The notes: generated from the sequence alone by a model not told the origin. A stretch of DNA of 64,000 bases from an uncultured Elusimicrobia bacterium (GCA_903917735.1 CAIXBR010000093.1:72227-136226); one strand, 5' to 3'. Counted from the stretch's first letter, positions 17,800 to 27,061 are shown. Numbers and translations are program-made.

Positions 17800-18831
17800 T
17801 TACTTCTTTCTGCTACAAATATCAGCTAAATAAGCTTCAACCAGCTGCACGGTGGCGCGGATGCCTTTTAGGTGGGTGCGCTCTACTCCGTGGGAGGCGG
17901 AGACCCCGGGGCCTATCACGGCCACCTTTACGTCGTAGCCAGCGCCCATAGTGGCGTGCGCGTCCGAACCGTAGAACGGGAACACGTCCACCACATGCGC
18001 AATGCGCTTCTTTTCAGCCAGCTTCACCAGCCGCTGGCGCAGCTCATAGTCATGCGGCCCCGTCGAATCCTTCGCGCAGATGGAAACCAAGGTCTCGTGT
18101 CCGCAAACATTCTGCCCCACCACTCCCATATCCACCGCAATCATCTCGCTAACGCAGCGCGGAATACCCGCGCTGGCCCCGTGCCCCACTTCCTCGTAAT
18201 TAGAGAAGAAGAAAGCCACCGGCATCTTCTTTAACTTGGCCGCCGAATTCAGGATAACCTCCGCCAGCACCGCGCAGCCAGCCTTGTCGTCCAGGAAACG
18301 CGACTTAACGAACCCCGTCTCCGTAACCTCGAAGCGCGGGTCGAAAAACACATAATCCCCGGCGCAGACACCCAGTTTCTTCGTGTCGACCGCCGTTTTA
18401 ACCTGCGCGTCGAGGCGGATGTGCATATTCTCGCCCGAGCGCTCCGCCTTACCGATGTTCCGGTTCACGTGCGCCGCCGGGTTGTCGCTCAGGAAAGTCC
18501 CGCGCCATTTCCTCCCCGTAGAACTCAGCACCGTCACATATTCCCCCTCGAAAGAATTCCACGGCCAGCTGCCCACCTGCGTCACGCGCAGCGTGCCGTC
18601 CCCCTCCAGCTTGGTCACCATCGCGCCCAGCGTGTCCACGTGCGCCGCGCAGACCGTCACCGGCTCCGGGTGCTCGCACACCAGCAGCGCGCCCTTGTTC
18701 GTCAACTTGGGGCTAAGCCCCGCCGAGCGGAAAAGTTCCGCCAGGAAAGTTATCGCTTCCCCGGTGTAGCCGCTCGGAGAATTTATCGCTTCGAGTTTGC
18801 GCAGCAGTTCTATAGTTTCAGAGTTCTTCAT
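17800..18831 (-). CDS. M42 family metallo-aminopeptidase
   Basis: 343 aa. FrvX/M42-like pattern (AHVDTLG, FLDDKAGCAVL, EEVGHGASAG). Confidence 0.75.
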   Translation of the reverse strand: MKNSETIELLRKLEAINSPSGYTGEAITFLAELFRSAGLSPKLTNKGALLVCEHPEPVTVCAAHVDTLGAMVTKLEGDGTLRVTQVGSWPWNSFEGEYVTVLSSTGRKWRGTFLSDNPAAHVNRNIGKAERSGENMHIRLDAQVKTAVDTKKLGVCAGDYVFFDPRFEVTETGFVKSRFLDDKAGCAVLAEVILNSAAKLKKMPVAFFFSNYEEVGHGASAGIPRCVSEMIAVDMGVVGQNVCGHETLVSICAKDSTGPHDYELRQRLVKLAEKKRIAHVVDVFPFYGSDAHATMGAGYDVKVAVIGPGVSASHGVERTHLKGIRATVQLVEAYLADICSRKK

Positions 18832-18889
18832 CGGAGTCTCCGTACCGTGGTATCGCGTCTGAACTATGATACAAAATATGCGCTTTTTC

Positions 18890-19225
18890 TCAGGCCCGGA
18901 TCATCACCAGCGCCATCTTGAACCGTTTCTCCGCCTTCAGGGCGTGAGGCTTGCCCGCCGGCATAATGATGAATTCCCCCGCCTTTACGGTATTGGGCCT
19001 GCCTGAAATAAGTATTTCGGCCTCTCCGTCTATTATCTCGACCAGCGCGTCGAACGGCGCGGTGTGCTCGCTCAGGCCCTGGCCCTTGTCGAAAGAGAAC
19101 AGCGTGACGCTGCCGGTCTTATTTTCGAGTATCGTTCGGCTCACTACCGACCCTTTTTTATAATCCACCAGGCCTTTGGCTTTCATTGCCCTGCCCCTGA
19201 GGTCCGTTTTTTCCTCTTTTTTCAT
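18890..19225 (-). CDS. Cupin domain protein
   Basis: 111 aa. Cupin motifs G..LSEHTAPFDALVEIIDGEA and AGEFIIMPAGKPHAL. Confidence 0.75.
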   Translation of the reverse strand: MKKEEKTDLRGRAMKAKGLVDYKKGSVVSRTILENKTGSVTLFSFDKGQGLSEHTAPFDALVEIIDGEAEILISGRPNTVKAGEFIIMPAGKPHALKAEKRFKMALVMIRA

Positions 19226-19244
19226 AGTTCCCCCTTATCGATCT

Positions 19245-20345
19245 TTAATTCAGCGTCTGCCTGAACCGCTTGTAGGCCAACCCGGCGGCGAATGCCCCCA
19301 TAAGGGCCAGCGCGCCCAGGTTGGTCCAGAAAACATAGCTGTCCCCGCCTTTCAGCATGATATTGCGGAGCATCCGGACAAAGTACATCAGCGGGTCCAG
19401 GTAGGCGAAAGCTATTACGGCCTTCGGCATATTCTCCACCGGGTACATCACGCCGCTCATCAGTATAGCCGGGAACAGGAACATGAACCCGCCCAGCATG
19501 GCCTGCTGCTGGTTCTTTGAAATGGTAGAGATGAAGGTGCCCACGCTTACCGTGGTTATCACGAAAGCCAGCGCCGCCAGGGCCAGCTGCCACAGCGGCC
19601 CGCGCACCGGCACGCCGAAGATCAGGTAGCCCGCCGTAACCACCAGGGCGGCGTTGACGAGGCCCAGCAGGATGTAGGGCAGGGTCTTGCCCAGCAGTAT
19701 CTCCGCGTTAGAAAGCGGCGCCGAGACTATGGTCTCGAAAGTGCCGATCTCGCGTTCCCGCGTAAGCGACATGGCCGTAAGCAGGATGGTGATAAGACAG
19801 ACCAGCATACCCATAACTCCGGGCACCAGGAACACCGAAGACTCCATGGCCGGGTTATAGAGCACCCTTACGTCGAACTTAAGCGCCGGCTGTCCCGCCG
19901 CGCCGTACTCGCGCGCGGAAGCGGCCGCTATTATGTTCTTGGCGTAAGCCTCCACGGACCTTGCCTTGGTGGCGTTGGAAGCGTCAACCAGCAGCTGCAT
20001 CTTCCCGCCGCCGCGCTCTGCGGAACGCCGCAGGCCTTCATCAGGGGCTATCAGCACGGCGTCGGCCCGGCCCGAAGCGATAAGTTCAAAAGGATCCTCC
20101 CCCTGCGAGTAGTTTACGCGGTCGAACCAGCCCGAAGCGTAAAAATCCCCCGCAACCCGTTCGAACGCGGCGTCGTCAGGACGAGAGAAAGCCGCCAGCT
20201 TAATGTTCCTTATCTCGGTAGAAAGCGCCAGGCCAAAGATGGTCATCTGTATTATGGGGGCTCCGAACAACAGCGCGCGCATCCTGACATCGCGCAGCGT
20301 CTGCGTCAGTTCTTTGCGTATAAAGGCTTTCAGGGTAAGGTTCAT
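19245..20345 (-). CDS. ABC-2 type transporter permease
   Basis: 366 aa. N-terminal TM, large periplasmic loop, 5 C-terminal TM helices (ABC2_membrane_3 layout). Confidence 0.8.
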   Translation of the reverse strand: MNLTLKAFIRKELTQTLRDVRMRALLFGAPIIQMTIFGLALSTEIRNIKLAAFSRPDDAAFERVAGDFYASGWFDRVNYSQGEDPFELIASGRADAVLIAPDEGLRRSAERGGGKMQLLVDASNATKARSVEAYAKNIIAAASAREYGAAGQPALKFDVRVLYNPAMESSVFLVPGVMGMLVCLITILLTAMSLTREREIGTFETIVSAPLSNAEILLGKTLPYILLGLVNAALVVTAGYLIFGVPVRGPLWQLALAALAFVITTVSVGTFISTISKNQQQAMLGGFMFLFPAILMSGVMYPVENMPKAVIAFAYLDPLMYFVRMLRNIMLKGGDSYVFWTNLGALALMGAFAAGLAYKRFRQTLN

Positions 20346-20349
20346 GACG

Positions 20350-21468
20350 CTACGGCTCCAAGTCCGTCTTGAATTTTTTCAGCGCCAGCGCCAGCATGCC
20401 TGCACTCAAAAGCCCCAACGCTAAGAAAGGCACCGCCAGCTCTTCGAGGTCGGCCCCCTTCAGCGTTATGCCGCGCGCCGCCGCCATGAACCACCTCGGC
20501 GGCAGCAGCATAGTAAAGTACTGGAAGAATCTGGGCATGCTCTCAACCGGGAAAATAAAACCTGACAGCAGCATGGAAGGCAGCAGCCCGGTGATCATGC
20601 CGAACTGCATGGCTATCTGCTGCTGGCGCGTAATCACGGAGATCAGCAGCCCCTGGGAGAGCGCGGCGGTTATAAACAGCAGGCAGGCCGCCAGGTAAAG
20701 CAGGTGGCTGCCCTCGAAGGGCACGCCGAAAACAAGGCGCGACACCAGGTACACGAAAAACACGCCGGCCAGTACCAGCGCGCCGTACGGGGCAAGCTTG
20801 CCTACTATTATTTCAAGCGGCCGCACAGGGGTAGAAAGCAGCAGCTCCATCGAGCCATTCTCCCATTCCCTGGCCACGGTCAGAGCCGTAAGCAGTATGG
20901 CCAGCAGGCCTATTATGATAGCGGCAAGGCCGGGCACTATGAACCAGCGGCTGTTCAGCTCCGGGTTATAAAGGAAGCGGGTCTCGGCCGAGAAAGGCGC
21001 GCGCACCGCCTGTCCCGCCAGCCTGGCCTGGGCGGCCTGCTGTATGCCCGGCAGGTAGCCCATTATCGCGGCGGCTTTGGAATTATCGCTGCCGTCCAGC
21101 ACGAACTGCGCCTCCACCCGGCCGCCGCCCTTTATTTTCTTCGAGAAGTCCGGTTCTATGAAAAGCGCGGCGGAAGCGCGGCCTGAGTCGAGCATCTCCA
21201 CGGGCCCGCCGCCCGGCACGGGCTCCACGAGGCGGAAATAGCCGGAGGAGGAGAAGATCTCCTTAAGCCTGCGTGCGGCCGGACCGTTATCCCGGTCCGA
21301 GACGGCCAGACTGATATTCTTTACCTCGTAATCTATGGCGTAGCCGAAGAAGGTCACCAGCATAACGGGCAAGCCCAGCGCCAGCGTCAGCGTGAACGGG
21401 TCGCGCATGACATGCATGACCTCCTTGCGCGCTATCGAGTAAGCCCGGTATATATTGAAGCCGTTCAT
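20350..21468 (-). CDS. ABC-2 type transporter permease
   Basis: 372 aa paralogue of the downstream permease with the same topology. Overlaps the ATPase stop. Confidence 0.8.
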   Translation of the reverse strand: MNGFNIYRAYSIARKEVMHVMRDPFTLTLALGLPVMLVTFFGYAIDYEVKNISLAVSDRDNGPAARRLKEIFSSSGYFRLVEPVPGGGPVEMLDSGRASAALFIEPDFSKKIKGGGRVEAQFVLDGSDNSKAAAIMGYLPGIQQAAQARLAGQAVRAPFSAETRFLYNPELNSRWFIVPGLAAIIIGLLAILLTALTVAREWENGSMELLLSTPVRPLEIIVGKLAPYGALVLAGVFFVYLVSRLVFGVPFEGSHLLYLAACLLFITAALSQGLLISVITRQQQIAMQFGMITGLLPSMLLSGFIFPVESMPRFFQYFTMLLPPRWFMAAARGITLKGADLEELAVPFLALGLLSAGMLALALKKFKTDLEP

Positions 21469-22391
21469 CTTTCAGCTCCCTCTACCAGACGGATGAAGAC
21501 GTCTTCGAGCGAAGGTTTTATCAGCGAAACCGAGACGGAGCGCGGCAGCGCGGCCAGCGCGGCGTCCATAGCGGCCTTGTCCGAGAAAGCCGCGTGCCAA
21601 CGCATGCCCTGCGGGGAAAGCTCCAGCAGGCCGCCGGCTTTTCCCAGCCCGGAAATATAGCCGGCGGCGTCGGCGCCCTTAAAATCCAGCTCGGCCATCG
21701 GGCCGGGAAAAGCCGATCTTTTCAATTCCTCGGGAGAGCCCAGCGCTATCAGGCGGCCGGTGCGCATCAAAGCTATGCGGCCGCACTGCTCGGCCTCGTC
21801 CATATAATGGGTGGTAACTATCACCGTCTTGCCAAGGCCGGTTATCCTGCGTATCAGCGACCAGAAGCGCGCGCGCGAGGCCGGCGCCACCCCCGAGGTG
21901 GGCTCGTCCAGGAAGACTATCTCCGGGTCGTGCAGCATGGACGCGGCCAAGGCCAGCTCCTGCTTTATGCCGCCGGGCAGCGACGCCACTTTGGAGGAAA
22001 GCGGCTTGTTAAAATCTATCAGGTCAAAAAGTTCTTTGCGCCGCTTCTTGGCGTAAGCGGGTTCGAGCTTGCGCAGCCCGGCGGCAAACTCCAGGTTCTC
22101 GCCCACGGTAAGGTCATTGTAAAGAGTGAACTTCTGGGACATGTAGCCCACTATCTTTTTGATCCCCTTCCCGCCGTCACCGAAACCAAGCCCTCCCACC
22201 AGGGCCGAGCCGGAGGTAGGCACCAGAAGGCCGCAAAGCATTCTTATGGTCGTTGTCTTCCCCGCGCCGTTGGCGCCGAGGAAGCCGAAGATCTCCCCGC
22301 GGTTCACGCAGAAGGAAATATTGTCCACGGCGGTAAAATCCCCGAACTTGATGGAGAGCCCTTTTACCTCAAGAACGCAGAAGGCGGTCAT
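21465..22391 (-). CDS. ABC transporter ATP-binding protein
   Basis: 308 aa. Walker A GANGAGKTT, signature LPGGIKQ, Walker B VFLDEPTSG. Confidence 0.88.
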   Translation of the reverse strand: MTAFCVLEVKGLSIKFGDFTAVDNISFCVNRGEIFGFLGANGAGKTTTIRMLCGLLVPTSGSALVGGLGFGDGGKGIKKIVGYMSQKFTLYNDLTVGENLEFAAGLRKLEPAYAKKRRKELFDLIDFNKPLSSKVASLPGGIKQELALAASMLHDPEIVFLDEPTSGVAPASRARFWSLIRRITGLGKTVIVTTHYMDEAEQCGRIALMRTGRLIALGSPEELKRSAFPGPMAELDFKGADAAGYISGLGKAGGLLELSPQGMRWHAAFSDKAAMDAALAALPRSVSVSLIKPSLEDVFIRLVEGAER

Positions 22392-23110
22392 TTCTTCGCC
22401 CCCTTCTTTATGAAGAGCTCGTCGAAACTGGCGGCGCCGGTTTCCTTAAGCACGGCGCGCGGCTCGCCGGAGGCCAGCAAACTCCCGCAGTCAAGCAGGT
22501 GAACCCGGGCGCAGCGCTCGGCCTCGTCCATGTAGGCGGTGGAAACTATGATGAGTATCTTATCGGCGGAAAGAGTGTAAAGCAATTCCCAGAATTCCCT
22601 GCGGCTTATGGGGTCCACGCCGTTGGTGGGCTCGTCGAGAAGCAACACGGAAGGCGACTGCAGCAGCGCGCAGATAAGTCCCAGCTTCTTGTACATGCCG
22701 CCTGAAAGCTGGCCGGCGCGCCGGTCCCTGAACTTGGAGAGGCGGGTTATTTCCAGCAGCTCTGCCGAGCGGCGGGCGTAAACGTCCGGCTCCAGGCGGT
22801 AAAGCTCGCGGAAGAACTCCAGGTGCTCGTCTATAGAAAGGTCCGGGTAAAGACTCGCCTGCTGCGGCATATAGGCCAGGCTGGGCCTCAGCTCGGAGAA
22901 AGCCGCAGGCTTGCCGTCGCTAAAGTAACTGATCCCGCCGGCCGTAGGCTTAAGCAACCCGGCCAGCAGGCGCATCGTCGTGGTTTTGCCCGCGCCGTCG
23001 GAGCCTATCAGCCCGTGCAGCAGCCCCGCCGAGAAATCGAAAGAAACGTCGTGCAGGGCCGCGGTCCTGCCGAAAGACTTCTTCAGATTTTCCGTGCGTA
23101 TGGAGAACAT
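22388..23110 (-). CDS. ABC transporter ATP-binding protein
   Basis: 240 aa. Walker A GSDGAGKTT, signature LSGGMYKK, Walker B LLLDEPTNG. Confidence 0.88.
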   Translation of the reverse strand: MFSIRTENLKKSFGRTAALHDVSFDFSAGLLHGLIGSDGAGKTTTMRLLAGLLKPTAGGISYFSDGKPAAFSELRPSLAYMPQQASLYPDLSIDEHLEFFRELYRLEPDVYARRSAELLEITRLSKFRDRRAGQLSGGMYKKLGLICALLQSPSVLLLDEPTNGVDPISRREFWELLYTLSADKILIIVSTAYMDEAERCARVHLLDCGSLLASGEPRAVLKETGAASFDELFIKKGAKK

Positions 23111-23112
23111 AG

Positions 23113-23835
23113 TCAGTCCGGCAGCTTTACCTCAATGGTCATCCCCGGCTTCAGCGTCTCATCCTGATTGGGGAAGTTGACCTTCACCGCGAAGACTAGC
23201 CGCGTGCGTTCCTTGCGGGTCTGTACGTTCTTGGGCGTGAATTCAGCTTCCGAATAGATAACGGAGACGCGGCCGGTGAATTCCTTGTCGCCCGCTTCCG
23301 GCAGGAAGCCTTTGACCTCCATACCGGTCTTTAATTTAGCCAGCATGTCGTGCGGCACGTAAATATAGGCCCACACCTCGGACAGGTCGGCCATGGTGGC
23401 CAGCCTGGTGCCCGGCGCCACCAGCTCTCCGTTTTCCCTGAACTTATAGAGCATCCGCCCGCTGACCGGCGACTTTATGGTACACCAGTCCACTTTCAGC
23501 GCCGCGTCATTGCGCCGGTATTTGGCGCGGTCGTAATTTTCCCGCGACATGGACCCGCCCTTGTAAAGTTCCTCGGCGCGGCTGAAATCGTCGCTCGCCA
23601 GCCCGGCGGCCAGCTTCAGGTCGTCGCAGTCCAGGGAGGCTATCACGCTTCCTTTTTTTACCGCGTCCCCCTCCCCGGCGCCGTAGGCTTTTATGACCCC
23701 GGAAATACGCGCCGAGAGGTCGGTTTCAGTCGCCTCGATGGTGCCGGCGTAGCGGAAATTTCCGCCGTTCTTAAGGACCAGGTACGCCGCGGCGCCGGCC
23801 AGAATTATTATCACAGGGATCAGCTTCTTTTTCAT
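23113..23835 (-). CDS. HlyD-family periplasmic adaptor (short form)
   Basis: 240 aa. N-terminal TM anchor, lipoyl-like and beta-barrel segments (IKSPVSGRM..., PGMTIEVKL). Confidence 0.75.
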   Translation of the reverse strand: MKKKLIPVIIILAGAAAYLVLKNGGNFRYAGTIEATETDLSARISGVIKAYGAGEGDAVKKGSVIASLDCDDLKLAAGLASDDFSRAEELYKGGSMSRENYDRAKYRRNDAALKVDWCTIKSPVSGRMLYKFRENGELVAPGTRLATMADLSEVWAYIYVPHDMLAKLKTGMEVKGFLPEAGDKEFTGRVSVIYSEAEFTPKNVQTRKERTRLVFAVKVNFPNQDETLKPGMTIEVKLPD

Positions 23836-23836
23836 A

Positions 23837-25177
23837 TTATCTCCCGCTCAGGCTGTCCAGTATGGCCAGCTTCATAAGTATCTCCGCGTTGACCGAGGCG
23901 GCCGCTGTTTTGGCCTGCAGCGTCTTCAGGTTCGCGCTTTCCACGTCCAGCCAGGTGCTGCCACCGGCCTTGTAGGACTCGTAGGCCAGACTTCCCGCTT
24001 CCACCGCGTCGTCCACGGCCTCTATATTTACCGCCTGCTCGGAGAGCAGTTCCTTGTAGGCGTCGCGGGCCTTGTCAAAATCCCTGCCGGCCGCCAGCCC
24101 GGCTTCGTCCTTTCTGCGCAGCGCCGCCTCGGCGTTCAATTCGCTTTCTTTCTCCCGTTCGCGCGAAAGGTCCTTTTCGAAGAGCGGCAGGCTAAGCGAC
24201 AGCGAGGCGGAATTCTGCATGAAGGAGTAAATGTTGGGGCCGTTGGGATAGTCTATGGAGCTGCGCGCCCCCAGAATAAGGCGCGGCAGCAGGGCGGATC
24301 GATAGGAGCCGGCAGAGGCCCTGTAGGCCTGCGCGGCCTCGTACAGCGCCTTAACTGACGGCAGGTCCTTGTCCAGCCCCCCGTCGGCAGACGGCAGCAG
24401 GCGGCTGAGCATGGCCTCGTAGGGTTCCGCTTTCACTAACATAGTGGCCGGTTCTGCGCCGCCGTAATCCCGCCCGTCCATGCGGAAGTCCAGCGGCAGG
24501 GCGGGGTCGCCCGGCAGGGACAGCCCCGTGACGAAACTGAAGTCTCGCAGCGCGGCGGAAAGGTCGCTGCGGGCCTGCAGGAGGTCACGCTTGCGGTCCA
24601 GGGTTTCTTGGCTGGCGCGGATCTGGTCCAGGCGGCTGCGGGAACCCGCCTTCGCGCCCAGCGTTATATCCTTGAGCTGGCTCAGGGAAAGCTGCAGGTT
24701 CTCGCCTATAAGGTAGACCTTCTCAAGCGCCAGCTGCAGCCGGAAATAGGCTGTACGGGCGGACAGCACTACCTGCCGTCCGGCGTTCTGGACCTCGGCC
24801 GAGTACGCGGCGGCGTTCCTGTCAGCCCCCTCCTGCCCGTAGCGCAGGGCTCCGCCGTCGTACAGCGTCCAGGCGGCGGACGGGCCGATGGAATAGTTCC
24901 AGTTGTCTCCGAGCGGCCTAGCCCCACCCAGAGCCGGCGGCAGGTTCATTTCGGTAACCACGGAATTGTAGCGCAGGCTGCCCTCGAGGCTGAGCCTAGG
25001 GTAAAGCAGAGAACCGGCAGCAGCCGCCGCGGCGGCCGCGGCGACGGCGGAAAGTCTGGCGCTTTTATACTGGTTGGAGGATGCGACGGCGCTTTCCTCG
25101 GCGGTCTTCAGCGTAACGCTGAATTCCCCCGCGCGCGCCGGGCTGGCGAACATAAGGAATAATAATATAGCTCTCAT
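23837..25177 (-). CDS. TolC-family outer membrane efflux protein
   Basis: Start moved to MRAILLFLMFASPARA (ATG 25177), which forms an ATGA overlap with the tetR stop. Two OEP repeats with long helical segments. Confidence 0.8.
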   Translation of the reverse strand: MRAILLFLMFASPARAGEFSVTLKTAEESAVASSNQYKSARLSAVAAAAAAAAAGSLLYPRLSLEGSLRYNSVVTEMNLPPALGGARPLGDNWNYSIGPSAAWTLYDGGALRYGQEGADRNAAAYSAEVQNAGRQVVLSARTAYFRLQLALEKVYLIGENLQLSLSQLKDITLGAKAGSRSRLDQIRASQETLDRKRDLLQARSDLSAALRDFSFVTGLSLPGDPALPLDFRMDGRDYGGAEPATMLVKAEPYEAMLSRLLPSADGGLDKDLPSVKALYEAAQAYRASAGSYRSALLPRLILGARSSIDYPNGPNIYSFMQNSASLSLSLPLFEKDLSREREKESELNAEAALRRKDEAGLAAGRDFDKARDAYKELLSEQAVNIEAVDDAVEAGSLAYESYKAGGSTWLDVESANLKTLQAKTAAASVNAEILMKLAILDSLSGR

Positions 25178-25803
25178 AAGCCTATTCCCCTCAAAGCTAT
25201 CTCCGCCCTTTCGGCTATGCCCGCGTCGGAGAAGATCTCTCCGCGCAGTTCCGCCAGGCTTTGGCCGGCTAGCTTTTTTACGCCATTCTTTTCCATAACT
25301 CCGCCTATCAGCACCGGGAAGATCATCACCGGCACCAGGGCGGCTATAATAAAAGGAATGGAGCGGGCCTTTACGGCGCTGGCCGGGCGGCATTGGACAG
25401 CAAGCGCGGCGATATGACTAATATGTTCGGTAAAATTACCGCTTACAAAGGCGAAAGCCTCTTTTTTCCCGTAGGCCAGGTCGGCGAAGATCATAGGCGC
25501 GGCGTTGCGCACGCCCAGGCCGAATTTTCCCACCTCCACAAGCGCGGCCTTAAGCCGGGCGCGCGGAGTGCCTGCCACAGAAACCCCCGCCTTGAAATTT
25601 AGCATAAATTCGGCGTACATTTCCTTTAGTACGGCCTTAAGGTACTCGTCCTTGGAACCGAAATAGTAATGGAACATCCCGGTATTGACCCCGGCCACAC
25701 GGCAGGCCTCGCGCACGGTCAGGCCGGTAATGCCTTTCTCTTGCAGGAGCTTCCTCCCGGCGGTTTTAAGTTTCAGATCTGTTCCCGAGGGCGGTCTCGC
25801 CAT
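25174..25803 (-). CDS. TetR/AcrR family transcriptional regulator
   Basis: 209 aa. N-terminal HTH GITGLTVREACRVAGVNTGMFHYYFGSKDEY. GGAGG SD. Confidence 0.88.
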   Translation of the reverse strand: MARPPSGTDLKLKTAGRKLLQEKGITGLTVREACRVAGVNTGMFHYYFGSKDEYLKAVLKEMYAEFMLNFKAGVSVAGTPRARLKAALVEVGKFGLGVRNAAPMIFADLAYGKKEAFAFVSGNFTEHISHIAALAVQCRPASAVKARSIPFIIAALVPVMIFPVLIGGVMEKNGVKKLAGQSLAELRGEIFSDAGIAERAEIALRGIGL

Positions 25804-25817
25804 AAGTCCTCCAATAG

Positions 25818-25861
25818 TTATACGACTGTATAATTATACATCCGTATAAGTAAAATGTCAA
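25818..25861 (-). promoter_or_regulatory. Consensus sigma70-type promoter with two abutting 16-bp palindromic operators for the tetR-efflux operon
   Basis: Minus strand TTGACA (25861..25856)-N17-TATAAT (25838..25833). TTATAC-N4-GTATAA occurs twice in tandem (25818..25833 and 25834..25849), covering the spacer, the -10 and the TSS. Confidence 0.75.
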
Positions 25862-26023
25862 GGCCGGCGCAGCGGAGTCCAGGGCCCGGCGAAGGGTTGC
25901 CCTGGAGCCGCTTTGGGGAAGGGGGCCCCAGCCTAATTATCCCGGCTGGGGGGAACCGCGCAACGGTTCCTGCGCGGCGAAATGGGCAACCCCTTGCCGG
26001 GCCCGGAAGCGGCGGCCAAGCAA

Positions 26024-26056
26024 GAAAAAACCGCCGCCCTTTTCAGGACGGCGGTT
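26024..26056 (-). terminator. Rho-independent terminator after the RRM protein gene
   Basis: Minus strand AACCGCCGTCC-tgaaaa-GGGCGGCGGTT followed by TTTTTCTT. Confidence 0.75.
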
Positions 26057-26080
26057 CTAAAACCTTTAAAGGATTTTAAA

Positions 26081-26446
26081 TTACCACTTGTCGCCGTAGC
26101 CGCCGCGATCGCCGCCGCCGCCGCGACCGCCGCGATCGCCACCGCGTCCACCGCGATCACCGCCGCCGCCGCCGAAACCGCCGGTGCGGGGACGGGCTTC
26201 CATCGGGCGAGCTTCGTTAATGGTCAGCTTGCGGCCGCCGAAATCGGAGCCGTTCAGCTTTTCCATGGCCGCATTGGCCTCTTCGTCATTCGGCATCTCA
26301 ACGAAGCCGAAGCCGCGGGACTGGCCGCTGTACTTGTCGGTTATCAGCTTAGCGCTGGTAACCTGGCCGTACGTAGCAAAAAGGGTGTTCATTTCCTCTT
26401 CTGTGGTTTTGAAGGGCAGACCGCCCACGTATATTCTCTTGCTCAT
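26081..26446 (-). CDS. RNA-binding protein, RRM domain with Arg/Gly-rich (RGG) tail
   Basis: 121 aa. RNP2 IYVGGL and RNP1 RGFGFVEM. C-terminal GGDRGGRGGDRGGRGGGGDRGG. Confidence 0.88.
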   Translation of the reverse strand: MSKRIYVGGLPFKTTEEEMNTLFATYGQVTSAKLITDKYSGQSRGFGFVEMPNDEEANAAMEKLNGSDFGGRKLTINEARPMEARPRTGGFGGGGGDRGGRGGDRGGRGGGGDRGGYGDKW

Positions 26447-26609
26447 TTGTACTATCCTCCTAGCTATCTTTACCTGACCTCAACTCTTTCTGCGCTTTCC
26501 TTACTCTACTGCCAGCAGGATAGGCTTCAAAAACTTGAGTTCTCGGTTTAACTACCCCAATATTATGACATTATAGCCGCTAAAAGGTCAAGAAATATCT
26601 ACTCACTAT

Positions 26610-27059
26610 CTACTCACCGATGTCTTCATTCCAGAGCTCCGGCCTGGCCTCTATAAAATCAGCCATAAGGCCCTTACATTCTGCCAGATCCAGGTTTATC
26701 AGTTTCACGAACTTTTTGGTGTAGCTTTCCGGGCCCTTGAAGGTTTTGTTCTCACCTATTACCACTTTGGGGATCTTATAGAGCAAGATGGCCCCGGTGC
26801 ACATGGAACAGGGAGAGAGGGTGGAATAGATGACGCATTCCTTATAGTCAGCGGCCTTAAGCCGGCCGGCGTTCTCAAGGCAGTCCATTTCCGCGTGCAG
26901 TATGGCCGATTTCTTCTGCACCCTGCGGTTATGGCCCCTGCCTATTATTTTCCCGCCCTTCACCAGCACGGCGCCTATGGGGATGCCCCCCTCTTTAAGG
27001 CCTTTGCGGGCCTCGGCTATGGCCGCTTTCATAAATTTCGTGTGCACTGTATTGTTCAT
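26610..27059 (-). CDS. CDA-fold deaminase, Fcy1-type cytosine deaminase-like
   Basis: 149 aa. HAEMDCLE and SPCSMCTGAI zinc motifs. The C-terminus FIEARPELWNEDIGE closely parallels yeast Fcy1 FIDERPQDWFEDIGE (from memory). Confidence 0.7.
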   Translation of the reverse strand: MNNTVHTKFMKAAIAEARKGLKEGGIPIGAVLVKGGKIIGRGHNRRVQKKSAILHAEMDCLENAGRLKAADYKECVIYSTLSPCSMCTGAILLYKIPKVVIGENKTFKGPESYTKKFVKLINLDLAECKGLMADFIEARPELWNEDIGE

Positions 27060-27061
27060 GT

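Noticed and set aside
26084-26194. GC-rich near-tandem repeats (gccgcgatcgcc...) that might look like a repeat array.
   Set aside because: They are the coding sequence of the RGG tail of the RRM protein. The units are short, imperfect and in frame, so this is not a CRISPR or satellite. Likewise the poly-Ala codon runs at about 8296..8330 and 25015..25050 are coding low complexity.
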